DNA from: Antedon mediterranea
Taxonomy: Eukaryota; Animalia; Echinodermata
Length of the DNA: 64,000 nucleotides
Direction: 5' to 3'
NCBI RefSeq assembly: GCF_964355755.1
Contig: NC_092675.1
Location: forward strand, 30,786,912-30,850,911
Shown: positions 1 to 11,732 of the stretch, one piece after another
How positions within the stretch are numbered: position 1 is the first letter of the stretch
Layout: each line of letters opens with the position of its first letter
Notes under the pieces: model-generated
What the model was told of the DNA's origin: nothing
Databases searched by the model: none
What the model saw: the letters and a program-made list of their open reading frames with translations, nothing else
Translations under genes and position numbers: made by a program

Positions 1-223
1 ATCGCATGAAACCGAAAGAGAAAGTGAACTGGATGTTTTATGATGAGCTTTGATCAGCGATTTAACAGGTCATTGTATACATTAAAAATGACCTGAGTAA
101 ACTTAAATAAATTCAATGTCAGAGTCTTGGTATCAGATGTGTTATATATCTGTCCATAGTATTTTATTTGTAAATTATTTCATTATTATATTATTATTTC
201 ATTATTATATTCATTATTACCAG

Positions 224-3200
224 TGAATTTATACGAATCAAGTGTAACTACGCCCCAGATTCAACAGCGCCATCGTACTACACTGGGACTGTGTATTTGG
301 TTGCAACATTTCTCAGTCCAATCATTGGTATGCTAATTGTAAGCAACATTTTTTTTGTTTTAATTCCGATATTCCTCTAGTACTTTATCCCAATCAAGGA
401 TTTCCTTACCCCAATCACATGAATAATACAAAAACTATCCCTTTTCCTCCAACACACCTCTAATCAGCAGAATAATACAACAGTTATGTAATGTTGTCAT
501 ATATGTAATTTATTGCAGGACCAAATAGGTAGGCGATGCTTAATAGGTGTCTTTTGCAGCATTGGTTTAATCCTGGTATTTTGTATTTTTGCTTTTACCG
601 ACTTTCATCCATTCATTGGTTCAATTCTTCTGGGCATCGTTGTTGGAACCACTAATGTAAGAACCGTATTCAGATTCAGATTTATTTGGTCCTTGCAGAA
701 ATTCATGACAGGCACAATATAGCTGACATAACAATACAATAACATACAAAATATATATAAGTAAAGTAAATACAGTATAAACAAGTAAAGAGTTGTAATA
801 AAGATACACATCTTTAAGTAATAAGTTGGAAGACCAAACCTTACAACTTGTTACCAGTTGTAACAATTTATGCAGATGTAGGTATAACTCTACAAATAAC
901 ATCTTAGATTAGTGTCTCAGTCTATTTCAGTTATTTCACCAATTATGTTAACAGTTACTTGTATTATTAAGTGTTTTGCTTTAATAGCCAGCTCTGTGGT
1001 CATGTATAGCATTAGTTGTTCCAGAGGCAATTCTTGGTACCGCTATGGGGGTGACAATGTGTATTGTTATGTTGAGTATATCATTCTGTAATATGATTGT
1101 TGGTGAAATATTACAAGATCAAGAACAGTAAGTATGAGCATTCATATTTTTCATCTGAAGATTTTTAGCATGAGGAATAAATTACGATTAATTACTTTTA
1201 TTATTACTTTACTGCACACACAACACAAATGAGCATTCAGATTTTCAGATTCTTTTTAGCATAAGCAATATTCAATTCAATTCAATTCAAGGAACATTTA
1301 TTCACGTCCAAAAGACAAAAGTAACAAAAACAAAATGGCAAGTGATAAAACAAGAAAATGGACGAAGGCAAATCCCAAAAAGATTACAATCTTGTGACGG
1401 GATTGCCTTTACAAAATATTTAAATAAGAGAAGAAAAAAAAAAAAATATATATATAAATAAAGAAAATAAATTAATTAAACAATAAAGAAATACAAAATA
1501 TATATAAAACCAGTAGATAAAAGTTGGAATAAAAAATAAAAAAAGAACAGAAAAAAGTACAGCTGCATGGCATATAGCGAATATGATGACAATTGAATAA
1601 TAAAGATAGCAAGTCACGGAACATGGAAAAAACGACCATATCAAACAGATCGATCAGTAATGAGACAATAGGTAATTTTTTATGTTATTATTAAATGAAT
1701 AGCGGTTGGCAGCACAGGAAATTGAGGGGGGTAAATTGTTAAACAATAGAGGTCCAGAATATCTAATGCTATGTTGAAAATAATTGGTGTTATGGTTAGG
1801 GATATATATGTTATTTCTTGTTCTAGTATAATATTTATGAACGGTATTATTAGGAGCGAAAAGGTCGTTTAGATGGCAAGGGAGAAGTGAGTGAGTGGCC
1901 AAAAAAACAAAGACACCTTGCTGGGATAGGTTAATGTCCGAGAGTTTGAGAAGATTGAGTTTGGAGAATAAGTGGGAGGAATGTGACAGTGGATGAGCGC
2001 CAGATATAGTCCTGATAGCTTTTTTTTGTAGGATAGAGAGTTTAATGATGTTTGAAGGGTAAGTGTTGGCCCAGACAATGTTACCATAGCTCAAATAAGG
2101 AAGGATGAGTGTGCAATAAAGGGTCCTGAGAATATTAGTTGGGAGGAAGGAAGAAAGCCTAGAAATGATCCCAAGGTTCTTAGACACTTTGTTCTCAATT
2201 TCTTGGATATGGGGTTTCCATGAGAGAGAGTTGTCGATGATAATGCCAAGAAATTTATTATACTTAACAGAGGGGATTTCTTGATTATCAATAACGACTT
2301 TAAATGGGGACACATCAATACCTCTAGTCAACTGCGGGGTTCCGAATAGGATGTAACTACATTTATTATGATTGAGGGAGAGTTTGTTGGCAATAAAGTA
2401 CTGGGACAAGGGGATAACGTTGGTATTAAAGGTGTCAAAAAGAGTTTGGATATTTTTGTTGGCATGAAAAACTGTAGTGTCATCAGCATATAGAAAAAAA
2501 TTTAGCAGGTTTGAGGTTCGGTGGATATCATTAATGTAAAAGGTGAACAGAAGCGGGCCAAGTAAGGAGCCCTGGGGAACGCCACAGGTGATAGGGCAAA
2601 AATTAGAAATAGAGTTAAAATATTTAGTACATTGGGAGCGGTTAGTGAGATAGCTTTTGAAAACGTTTAAGGCGGGTCCTCGGATTCCATAGTGAGACAA
2701 TTTAAAAAGAAGAATATTATGATCAATGGTGTCGAAAGCCTTGGAAAGGTCGATGAAAAGTCCGATTCCAAATTGACGATTTTCGAATGCATGAATAATT
2801 TTGTTAGTGAGGTCGATCAAAGCCATGGAGGTGTTATGTCCTTTTCTAAAGCCATATTGTCTCTTGAAGAGGATGTTATGTTTGCTGATAAATGAAAATG
2901 TTCTATCATAGATAATTCTTTCCAAGGCTTTCGAAAAGATTGACAGGATGGAGATAGGACGATAGTTAGAAAGGTTGGATTTGGGGCCAGATTTGTAAAC
3001 AGGGGTAACGCGCGCCAGCTTCAACCTGTTCGGAAAAACACCTTTGCAGAGGACAAGATTAAAAATGTGACACAAGGGAAGGGAGATAAGGTTGATAACA
3101 TGTTTAATGGCTTTAGTATGGAAATCATCAGTACCAGGAGCTTTATTGTTATCGAAGGAGGAGATAATTCTTATGATATCCTCTTCTAGGACGGGGGTTA

Positions 3201-5949
3201 AGAACATTGATTTCGGATTTGGTTGAGGAAGAAATTCTTTGAAAGAAACATTGCTGGGAGGGATTTTGTTAGCAAGGGAGGGTCCGATTTCGACAAAAAA
3301 ATCATTAAATGCTTTAGAAATAATGACGAGGTCTTTAGTTGGTACTCCGTTACAGTTGACAGGGGTATTGCCTTTGTGTTGGTTTCGGTTTTTATGGTTC
3401 AATAAAGAGTTAATTGATTTCCAGGTTGCCTTAATATCATTTTTTTGCTTGGTGAAAATATCATGAAAGTGGATTCTTTTGGCAATTTTGATAGTGGAGT
3501 TAAGTTTATTACGATATCGTTTATATTTGATTTCATTGGCAGGAGAAGGGCGGTGAAGAAATTTTGCATAGAGTTTATGTTTATACTTTATTGATTTTAG
3601 CAGTCCATTTGACATCCAAGATTTAATTTTTTTGTTCTTGTTTGTATTGTTCCTTTTCAGTAACGGGAAGTGTTGGTCATAAAGGGCTTTAAGTGTGTTA
3701 TCAAAGAGGTCATAAGCAAAGTCAGGATCATTAGAATTAAGGATATCAAACCAAGTTTGATTAGAGACATCATGGTAAAAGTTGTTAAGAGACGTATTGT
3801 TAATCTGTCTGAGAGATGGGATCTCTTCATTGTTTGAGCTAGTGGCAAAACTATCAGAGAGGTTTGAAATATTAAAAACAGGGAGATGATCAGAGATATC
3901 ACTATATAGCAGACCACTTATATGAGAACAATCAAATTGATTTGTAATAATATTATCTAATAATGAGGCTGTGGAATTTGTTATTCTGGATGGTCTGTCG
4001 ATAAGTGGAAGATAGTGATTGCTAAACAGTGTGTTAATGAATTGACGGGCAGTATTGTCGGATTCATGTTTAAGAATGTCAATGTTAAAGTCTCCAAGAA
4101 TATAAACATTTTTATTTTCTTTTGTTAAATTGGAAAGGACAATGTCAAGTTCAATTAAGAATTGATTTGGGTCAGAGGAGGGGGGTCTATATACAGTACC
4201 CACTATAATGTTTTTGTGATGAGGCCGTTTAATTTCAATAAAGATGGATTCGCAGTTGGAAGGGTGTGGGTGTAGGTCACTTCTAATGGAGAATTGTAGA
4301 GTATCAAGGATATACATGGCGACTCCTCCACCGTCTTTATGGGTTCTGTGGTTAGAGACAAAATTATAATTTGGGAGTTGGACCAAAGGATTATCGTACT
4401 TGAGCCAAGTTTCACTTACTCCAATAATATCGAAAGGCAGATTAATGGATGAAAGGAGTTGTTTAATTTCATCAATGTGCTTGAGGATGCTTCTAGAGTT
4501 GAAATGAATAGTGGAGAAGCAATCAGAAAGTGAGTCAACAGGAAATTCATTAGGATCATAATATTGAGAGGGACTGTGGTTGCTGTTGGTGAAAAAATTA
4601 GAGTCGGGATCAATGTTAGATGTAGAATTGCCAAGGTTCCTGTTAATGTTATGGTTGTCTGAATAGCTGGGCAAGGGGAAGAAGTTTATGTTTGATAATC
4701 GGTCGTGGTACGATGTTCCGTCATCTGCGTTAAGGTTGTACATCAAGTAAAAAATGAAAATATAAAAAGAGAAATCTGTTCAGTGAAAATACTAGTTAAT
4801 ATATAATTTAAAATATATGTATAAAATAAATATAAATAAATATACACTGTATAAATAAATAAACCAATATTAGATCAAACTGAATATTGGAAAAAAGAAA
4901 AATTAACAATGCATAAAAACAAGACTGTCAAAGTAAGGCGAGTTAAGCAGAACTCCGGCAAGGAACTAAAAATTGCAAAACAACAAGAGAACATTATGGA
5001 ATGGTATAAACAATAATGAAAACTACATGAATATGGCAATCAGGCACTTAAACACTTGGATGATAATAGTGTTCAAAGCAATGACACATGGCAATGTAAT
5101 CTGATTATTTAAAGATTTTTTATACTGAGAAACAATGAAGAAAAAAACTAAGATACCAATAAGATATAACACACAAACACACCATCACACACACACCAAC
5201 ACCCATCCACCCACACGCATGCACAAACGTATTGAATATTGAAGCATACAAAGGTCAATACTCTGTGTGAATATGGTAATAACATAAAACAAAAAACAGA
5301 GAAATAAAACACAAACAAATCAAGCCGAAATCGATGGCGAAAATGGGTAAGTAAAATACAAAAGGTGAAAATCATGAGAAAACGTCATAAGAAGTCAATG
5401 CAATGATTATGATGATATTACTTTTTACACAAATGAGCTTACATATTTTTTTTTTACAGAAATGAGAAAAGATGGAAATTGGTGATGATATTCTTACTAG
5501 GCTTGTCTGTTGTGTACTTAATTATAAATATATTGACTTACATCATTGACATTAAAATGGTGAGCACAAATCTTCTAGATACACGTTATAAGAATGTTAT
5601 CAAATAGTGTTTGTAGATTTTTTCTTGGTGGCTTGTAGGCCTTCTGTGTACATGCGACTTACATAGCACAATATGTTAAGGCAAGTTTTTAAACCTCCAT
5701 TCATATATTATAGCATGATTCATATATCATTTTGTATACTTGTTTTTGCAATCTTAAGGAGAATCCAGTCACATTTCTGTATGCACTGTGATCAATATAA
5801 ATCAATATTCTTAAATGTCTGATGTCCTGTTACAGGATGGTGTACTAAATACAACTAAGAAAAAAAGGAAACCAAATCCTTCCCAGGACAAACAAGATGA
5901 AACGCACAAAAATACTGAAAATGAAGGAATTCCATTAATAAAACATTGA
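224..5949 (+). CDS. 3' part of an MFSD1-like major facilitator transporter (divergent paralogue); 5' exons lie outside the window
   Basis: GT-AG exons at 224-338, 519-656, 988-1127, 5460-5559 and 5836-5949 splice in frame ([21 protein letters not shown]...[10 protein letters not shown]...[21 protein letters not shown]...[10 protein letters not shown]...[10 protein letters not shown]). They align exon for exon with the minus-strand gene at 7655-11629. Confidence 0.85.
1271..5399 (-). mobile_element. CR1/L2-group (Crack/Daphne-like) non-LTR retrotransposon, inserted antisense in an intron
   Basis: Long APE-RT ORF. 3' end has a (TTGAA)n tail at 1271-1290, AATAAA near 1297-1302 and a stem-loop at ~1366-1409. 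Possible GCAAT TSD at 1265-1269 and 5400-5404; 5' boundary uncertain. Confidence 0.9.
1654..4743 (-). CDS. LINE ORF2: apurinic endonuclease plus reverse transcriptase (~1029 aa, uninterrupted)
   Basis: APE motifs FNSRS, GVSETWL, GGGVA, YRPP, GDFN and SDHLPV. RT motifs [34 protein letters not shown] and KFLG. Confidence 0.97.
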   Translation of the reverse strand: MYNLNADDGTSYHDRLSNINFFPLPSYSDNHNINRNLGNSTSNIDPDSNFFTNSNHSPSQYYDPNEFPVDSLSDCFSTIHFNSRSILKHIDEIKQLLSSINLPFDIIGVSETWLKYDNPLVQLPNYNFVSNHRTHKDGGGVAMYILDTLQFSIRSDLHPHPSNCESIFIEIKRPHHKNIIVGTVYRPPSSDPNQFLIELDIVLSNLTKENKNVYILGDFNIDILKHESDNTARQFINTLFSNHYLPLIDRPSRITNSTASLLDNIITNQFDCSHISGLLYSDISDHLPVFNISNLSDSFATSSNNEEIPSLRQINNTSLNNFYHDVSNQTWFDILNSNDPDFAYDLFDNTLKALYDQHFPLLKRNNTNKNKKIKSWMSNGLLKSIKYKHKLYAKFLHRPSPANEIKYKRYRNKLNSTIKIAKRIHFHDIFTKQKNDIKATWKSINSLLNHKNRNQHKGNTPVNCNGVPTKDLVIISKAFNDFFVEIGPSLANKIPPSNVSFKEFLPQPNPKSMFLTPVLEEDIIRIISSFDNNKAPGTDDFHTKAIKHVINLISLPLCHIFNLVLCKGVFPNRLKLARVTPVYKSGPKSNLSNYRPISILSIFSKALERIIYDRTFSFISKHNILFKRQYGFRKGHNTSMALIDLTNKIIHAFENRQFGIGLFIDLSKAFDTIDHNILLFKLSHYGIRGPALNVFKSYLTNRSQCTKYFNSISNFCPITCGVPQGSLLGPLLFTFYINDIHRTSNLLNFFLYADDTTVFHANKNIQTLFDTFNTNVIPLSQYFIANKLSLNHNKCSYILFGTPQLTRGIDVSPFKVVIDNQEIPSVKYNKFLGIIIDNSLSWKPHIQEIENKVSKNLGIISRLSSFLPTNILRTLYCTLILPYLSYGNIVWANTYPSNIIKLSILQKKAIRTISGAHPLSHSSHLFSKLNLLKLSDINLSQQGVFVFLATHSLLPCHLNDLFAPNNTVHKYYTRTRNNIYIPNHNTNYFQHSIRYSGPLLFNNLPPSISCAANRYSFNNNIKNYLLSHY

Positions 5950-5988
5950 ATGCGATTTATGTTTTGATAACAAAGAAACAGTAACTGT

Positions 5989-6412
5989 GCACTGTGTTAG
6001 AAAAACCAGCATACTGATAGAAACAGAGTATAAATGGGCACTGTGTTAGAAAAACCAGCATACTGATAGAAACAGAGTATACATGGGCACTGTGTTAGAA
6101 AAACCAGCATACTGATAGAAACAGAGTATACATGGGCACTGTGTTATAAAAACCAGCATACTGATAGAAACAGAGTATAAATGGGCACTGTGTTAGAAAA
6201 ACCAGCATACTGATAGAAACAGAGTATAAATGGGCACTGTGTTAGAAAAACCAGCATACTGATAGAAACAGAGTATAAATGGGCACTGTGTTAGAAAAAC
6301 CAGCATACTGATAGAAACAGAGTATAAATGGGCACTGTGTTAGAAAAACCAGCATACTGATAGAAACAGAGTATAAATGGGCACTGTGTTAGAAAAACCA
6401 GCATACTGATAG
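5989..6412. repeat. 49-bp minisatellite, ~8.7 copies, just after the MFS paralogue stop codon
   Basis: Unit gcactgtgttagaaaaaccagcatactgatagaaacagagtataaatgg, near-perfect copies. Confidence 0.97.
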
Positions 6413-7654
6413 ACAAAACAGGCAGGAGGGGCCGTTATGTATAAATTCAATTAACTGTGGAATGTCTTTTTAATAAAGAAGCAATGACACTTGAGAGCGA
6501 TCTCTTTGGGTACATAAAGTTTTGTCATCTGTGTGGGTGCCAAATCTGCAAATTCCACAATTAAAGAATACCTCAACACTCCCGTAATAAGAACATTACT
6601 GCACACTTTAACAATAAATAAAACATAAATACATTTATTAATAATTGTATTTCATCCATGCAGACAGTATAGTATTACCATACAAACAAGCAAATTATTA
6701 AAAGTAATTTACAGTCATCTTATAAAATTGGAAATTCAACTTTTAAGTATGTTTTGGCAGGACCAGCCTACATGCAATTTTTGCTTTGTTTTTTCTTTAT
6801 TTAGTCTTTTTAATATATTACTCTACCGTAATAATAATAATAAATGTGGACTTATAAGAGAGCATAAAATACATAAAGCCTATTATGTGCTTAATGTCAC
6901 CATACATCATAGATTTAAATCCTTGTCTTAATCTTTGTACAATCAGGGAGAGATTGCAATTCTTTATTATTGTGCATTAAATTGTATGCTAGAGTGTCTC
7001 TATGATTTATTATGCAAATACCATGCAAGTCCCCTTTTCCAACAGGTACCCTGTGCAGCCACAATATGCGTAACTGAGTTAGTGATTACGAAATCGTAGA
7101 CTGATTTGCATAAATTACGTATAATGGAAATCTCACTAGCTCTAGTGTGGTTAGTTGAGACGATTCCAGCATATGACCGGAAGTCTTAGTTATTATGATT
7201 GTGTTATGTTATACACTACTATATTGAGAAGTTATACAATAAATTATTTTGATTGTGGCATGATTACAAGCCTTCCGTGTTCTTTCTTACATATTATCTC
7301 AACTCAAAGTGGCTAGTGAGGCCGCAGTTATACCCTGTGTATTTTAAACAAAGTAAAATGGACAGTATTATTATAAAAATTATATAAAAAATACCCTGTA
7401 GACTACAAAGTATAAAGAAATATAAGTTAAATGTGAAATATACCTTGCAGACTATACTGTAGTACGTATAAAGAAACACAAATTATATGTGAAATATAGA
7501 CTATACTGTAGTACAGTATATACTGTATGTGAATCAATGATTATTATATTCTATACTACTGTATGATCAAAATATTGTTTTTTGTTACTTTTGTGTATTG
7601 TTGTGGCGGCAGTAACAGGCCATCATTAATTAAATCGGCAGATCCAGGAACTAT

Positions 7655-10600
7655 CTAAGCATCCTGTGGTTGTATTGGAGGCAGTAATGGTTCGGTCCCA
7701 TCATACTCAGTAGATCCAGGAACTATCAGAGCATCCTGTGTTTCTGTAGGGCCATCATAGTCAGTAGACTGGATGGACTTTTCAAGCCAATCACTAACAC
7801 GTTTTCGTTTCTCTTTCCTGCTTTCATTTAAGATTCCACCCTGTCAAAAAATCATTGGAAAATCGTTTAACAATAGATATACACAGTATGTATGTATGTA
7901 CTGTAAGAGTAGTGTGTTAAAAATGAATGTGTTTTGAGGTAAATATACAGTACAATATGAATATAGAAAGTAAACTCTATTATTTTAACTTCAAACTTCC
8001 ATCCTGTAAGTAAAACAGCCTCTAATCATGAAGGATACAAACCTTTTTCTTGTCAACAATGTTAAGTAATGCAGCCATTGTTACACAAGCAATTGTGTTG
8101 AATAATAGAAATATCATCACCCATTTATATCGTTCAATTTTGCTGTTGAAAAAAAAACATATTTAAAAATAGCACAATATAAGGTCTAGAGCTCTGTCTA
8201 CATTATCAAGTTAGAAAAAAAAAAATGTACCCAAATATGGTAGTTATATGCCAAAATATGGTAGTGATATGACATCATCATGTCCATATATGTACTACTG
8301 GAGTAACAATTACAACAAATATTCTTACTCTTTGGAATCTCCAACTATTGCACCAACAACAACATTTGAAATACCGATGCCAATCATTTGTATTGATGTA
8401 GTCAAACCCATTGCTGTGCCAACTGTAGCAGGAGGTACAACTAAAGGTATGGAAGGCCACAGACTTGCCTGGTTAAAATAAAAACAGATGCAAATGTTTT
8501 ATGGCAAAATCTGAAAGGTTCTTGCGGCCAAGAGTATGAATATTAGAGTGCATTTTATTAATATTATTTTCACTACCTACCGCTGCAAATGAATATGTAA
8601 CTCCAAGCCACAGTGTACAAACAAGAGCAGTTATGTTGGTAAAAGCTAAAATTCCAAATACTGGAATAGTAAGAAGTCCACAACATAGTGCTAGTATACC
8701 ACGCATTCCAATATAATCCTGGAATTAAACATTGCAGATACTATAAAATCACACTTTTTAGGCTGAAACGTCAATCATGTATTTAAAAGTAGGAAACATT
8801 AATTTCTCTTGAAAACACTAGAAATAAATAAGCATGTTTATTTATAAAATGTATCTCATTGAAAAATGTTTATTTTACCTACTGATAAATGTGATATCCA
8901 CATAACATGAAACATTTAATTTAAGAAGAACTAAGAATTTGTTTAATAAAATGCTGCAGTAATATAATACAAAGACTATCTATAATGATATACTGTATTG
9001 CACTTACAATGACTATCCCAAGAAATGGAGAAAGAACAAGTGAGACATCATATGGAGCTCCAGCATAGTAGGATGGTGTTAAAGAGTCATCAGAATAATT
9101 GTACTTGATTTGAATGTAATCACTATAATAATATTAAAGTTAAAATATTAATGTTCAACTATTATGTTTGGTTAATGTCTTGTGTGTTGGAGCATTGATG
9201 AAGATAATGGACAATGTTTTACCTTGCGTCAGCAACAAAGGGAAAAACACCATTATAAAAAAACATGATTGTTAAAGCCAGCAACCAAAATCGAGATGAA
9301 AAATACACAATATCTTTCAGATGTACTTTCTTAGACTCAGCTTTCACGATTGATTCCTAGGATAAAATTCAAGAATAATTTGAAAAATGTTTATTAGAAA
9401 ATGAGAAAGGTCACTCATCTTGTATATCTTCATCACCTATCACACTATTTCTAGATAAATGCTAAATTTCTAAATACAGTGGATATACACTAATACAGAC
9501 GATTCATCTCAATATACTGTATAACAGGAATCATCATGATAGTTCCAATCACTACAATTAAGCTCTGTCTACACTATCAAACTAGTTTGACAAAAAAAAG
9601 TGATGTGCCCAAATATGGTAGTGATATGCCCAAATATGGTAGTGATATGACATCATCATGTCCATATATGTGTGCAAATGTGTTACCTGTCCTAACTGTT
9701 TTATTCCTGAAACATCTAAAACACTGGTAACAATTGCTGATAGAAATCCAACAGCAACAAGACATGTACCACCCCATAGTGTCCATACAAGACCATGAGC
9801 ATTCTCAAAGTTCTTTGTAAAGAAGAAGTTTAATACACTGCCCTGAAGGTGAATAAATAGTAGTGGTTAGTCATTTGGACGAGTTATTGCTTTTAACTGG
9901 TATACTGCAGTAGTCATTGGTATACTGCAGTATTTTTACATCGAATATAAATCTGACTTAATATGGTAATATCTTCTTTGTAATTTACTTTAAAAACAAT
10001 GTTTTAGTTAATGGTATTTTAAATATACTATAATAAAATGTAATTCTATAAAGAAAAACTCACAGCTCTTGAAAAACTTAATGTAACTCCAAATGCAAAT
10101 GCCAACTCTTTATTCCGAAACCAAAATGCTGTAATTCGATTTTGAACAACTAGAAATAAATAAAATATGAATATTATATGAATTTGATGACATTTCCAAA
10201 ATAATAATAATATAGGTAAGTACATGAAGCCAAGTACGATGATAAAACAGAAACTTTAGTTTGTGATTTTGAACACTTACTTGTTAATGATCCGTTTCCA
10301 GAACCAAATAGCAAACGGCCAAGTAACATGACAGGAAACATGGCGGATGTACCTTTCAACATCGAACCAATAGCAAAAAGGCAAGACCCAAGTAAACAAA
10401 GACCAGAAAATAAAAACAATCCAACTACAAAAAAAGCAAAATATAATAATTTTTAATTAGTTATTAAAAGCGATATTTTCTCTTTCACTTTAATTCAATC
10501 CCAAATTCATTTTTAAACTTTCTTACCAGGGTTACCTAACTTGTCAATCAAAAACCCTGCTCCTATGACAACCAAAGCATTTCTGAAATTAAATAAAATC

Positions 10601-11629
10601 TAATCATATATCTAATAATATTTAATCATATATTAGTCAAATAAGAAATTAAAGCCTTGTCTAATGACTATCAAACTTTATGTGACAAAAAAATGTGATG
10701 TGCTCATATGGACATGATGATGTCATATCACTACCATATTTAGGCACATCACATTTTTTTTCAAACTAGTTTGATAGTGTAGACAGAGTTTTAGGACAAG
10801 TAATAAGAAAAACGTAATAATCATGAAGTAATCTTACGTCCATGCATAAACAGCATACAGCAAGTTGTACTGACTGGAACTAAGTCCGAGGCCACCCTCA
10901 CAAGTAGTATCATTCTTTTTGCAATTATCCTAAATAATAAACAAAATTACAAACTAGTTTATTATCTGGAATAATGTATATGACCAGAAAGTGTCAATAA
11001 TAACATTGTCAACGATATTGTTACCCGGGAACCACAATTGTTTTATTTAAAACGAGTCGGCCTCGAACCCTTGCCGATGTTGTTGGCTCTTTAGGTACGG
11101 TAAACGGCGCCCCTGCCTTAACCGCTCGCCATTTGACTCGCTCAAATGGATAAATTCATTGAAATGATAAAATCTGAGAAAAAGAAAGGTTGACTAACTG
11201 GAGCCTGTAGAGTATCTTGAAGAACGCTTGGCATATCAAAACAGAAGTATGTCCCAAATGTCAACAAACAATTGAAAAATAAAACCACAAAGCGATAATA
11301 ACCTGTTTATAAGAGAAAGAGAAAATTAATGATATCTTAATTTGATCACTGGTATGGGTAAGTTTCCTAAAATGTGCATTAGATTTATTATGATGAGTCA
11401 ATGATGCATTTGAAATGGCCTCTTCTTATTCTTACATTAATATGCATATTCCAGCAAGAACCAGGTCAACAATGTTGCTGCTTCTGTTTGATCACACCTT
11501 TTCAGCTCCTAACTATTTTGAACCAATGGAGGTTTATTAAATAATATTTAAGCTTGAACGATTAGTCTTGAACTAGCCTACTATATAAGCCATGCAATAT
11601 TTACCCTTTGATGAATTTAGCCAAGCCAT
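7655..11629 (-). CDS. MFSD1-like lysosomal major facilitator superfamily transporter, ~13 coding exons
   Basis: Exons approx. 11605-11629, 11199-11302, 10838-10929, 10528-10582, 10281-10425, 10063-10150, 9688-9843, 9222-9356, 9008-9122, 8581-8718, 8296-8468, 8043-8142 and 7655-7840. Peptides GYYRFVVLFFNCLLTFGTYFCFDMPSVLQ, QYNLLYAVYAW, GRLLFGSGNGSLT, WFRNKELAFAFG and MFFYNGVFPFVADA are typical of invertebrate MFSD1-like proteins. Confidence 0.88.
8190..8292. mobile_element. Harbinger/PIF-like MITE family A, partial copy
   Basis: Begins agctctgtctaca; contains the ccaaatatggtagtgatatgacatcatcatgtccatat core shared by 8 copies in the window. Confidence 0.75.
9561..9672. mobile_element. MITE family A, partial copy
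   Basis: agctctgtctacactatcaaact left TIR plus shared core. Confidence 0.8.
10655..10790. mobile_element. MITE family A, full copy
   Basis: Degenerate left TIR; right TIR agtttgatagtgtagacagag; TWA flanks. Confidence 0.8.
11050..11140 (-). mobile_element. tRNA-derived SINE head (Pol III A and B boxes), truncated
   Basis: Minus strand reads cgagtcaaaTGGCGAGCGGTTAAGG...gccaacaacatcggcaagGGTTCGAGGCcgactcg, similar to the SINE head at ~45936. Confidence 0.6.
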
Positions 11630-11732
11630 GTTTGCAGAAAAAAAGAATTCTTCCCAGAAAAGTCACAAGACCTTCCAGAAAGAGGAAGGGAAGACTGCTG
11701 TTGTTTTGAGAGGGCGGTATATAAAAACAAAC
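11630..11732. promoter_or_regulatory. Very compact bidirectional promoter between the MFSD1-like gene and RCL1
   Basis: Only 103 bp separate the divergent ATGs. Contains GGGCGG, TATATAAAA and GGAAG sites; a YY1-like AACATGGCGGC overlaps the RCL1 ATG. Confidence 0.7.

Noticed and set aside
5989-6412. Hammerhead motif in the 49-bp repeat (CTGATAGAAACAGAGTA)
   Set aside because: Lacks the full CUGANGA core and stem II, and has no convincing stem I.
6987-7140. Structured ncRNA between the two MFS genes
   Set aside because: Only a decayed inverted repeat (tatgcaaat/atttgcata, gctag/ctagc); most likely an old MITE.
11592-11732. 47-aa N-terminal extension of RCL1 from the upstream in-frame ATG
   Set aside because: Overlaps the promoter and the first exon of the opposite gene; RCL1 homology starts at MAAH (11733).
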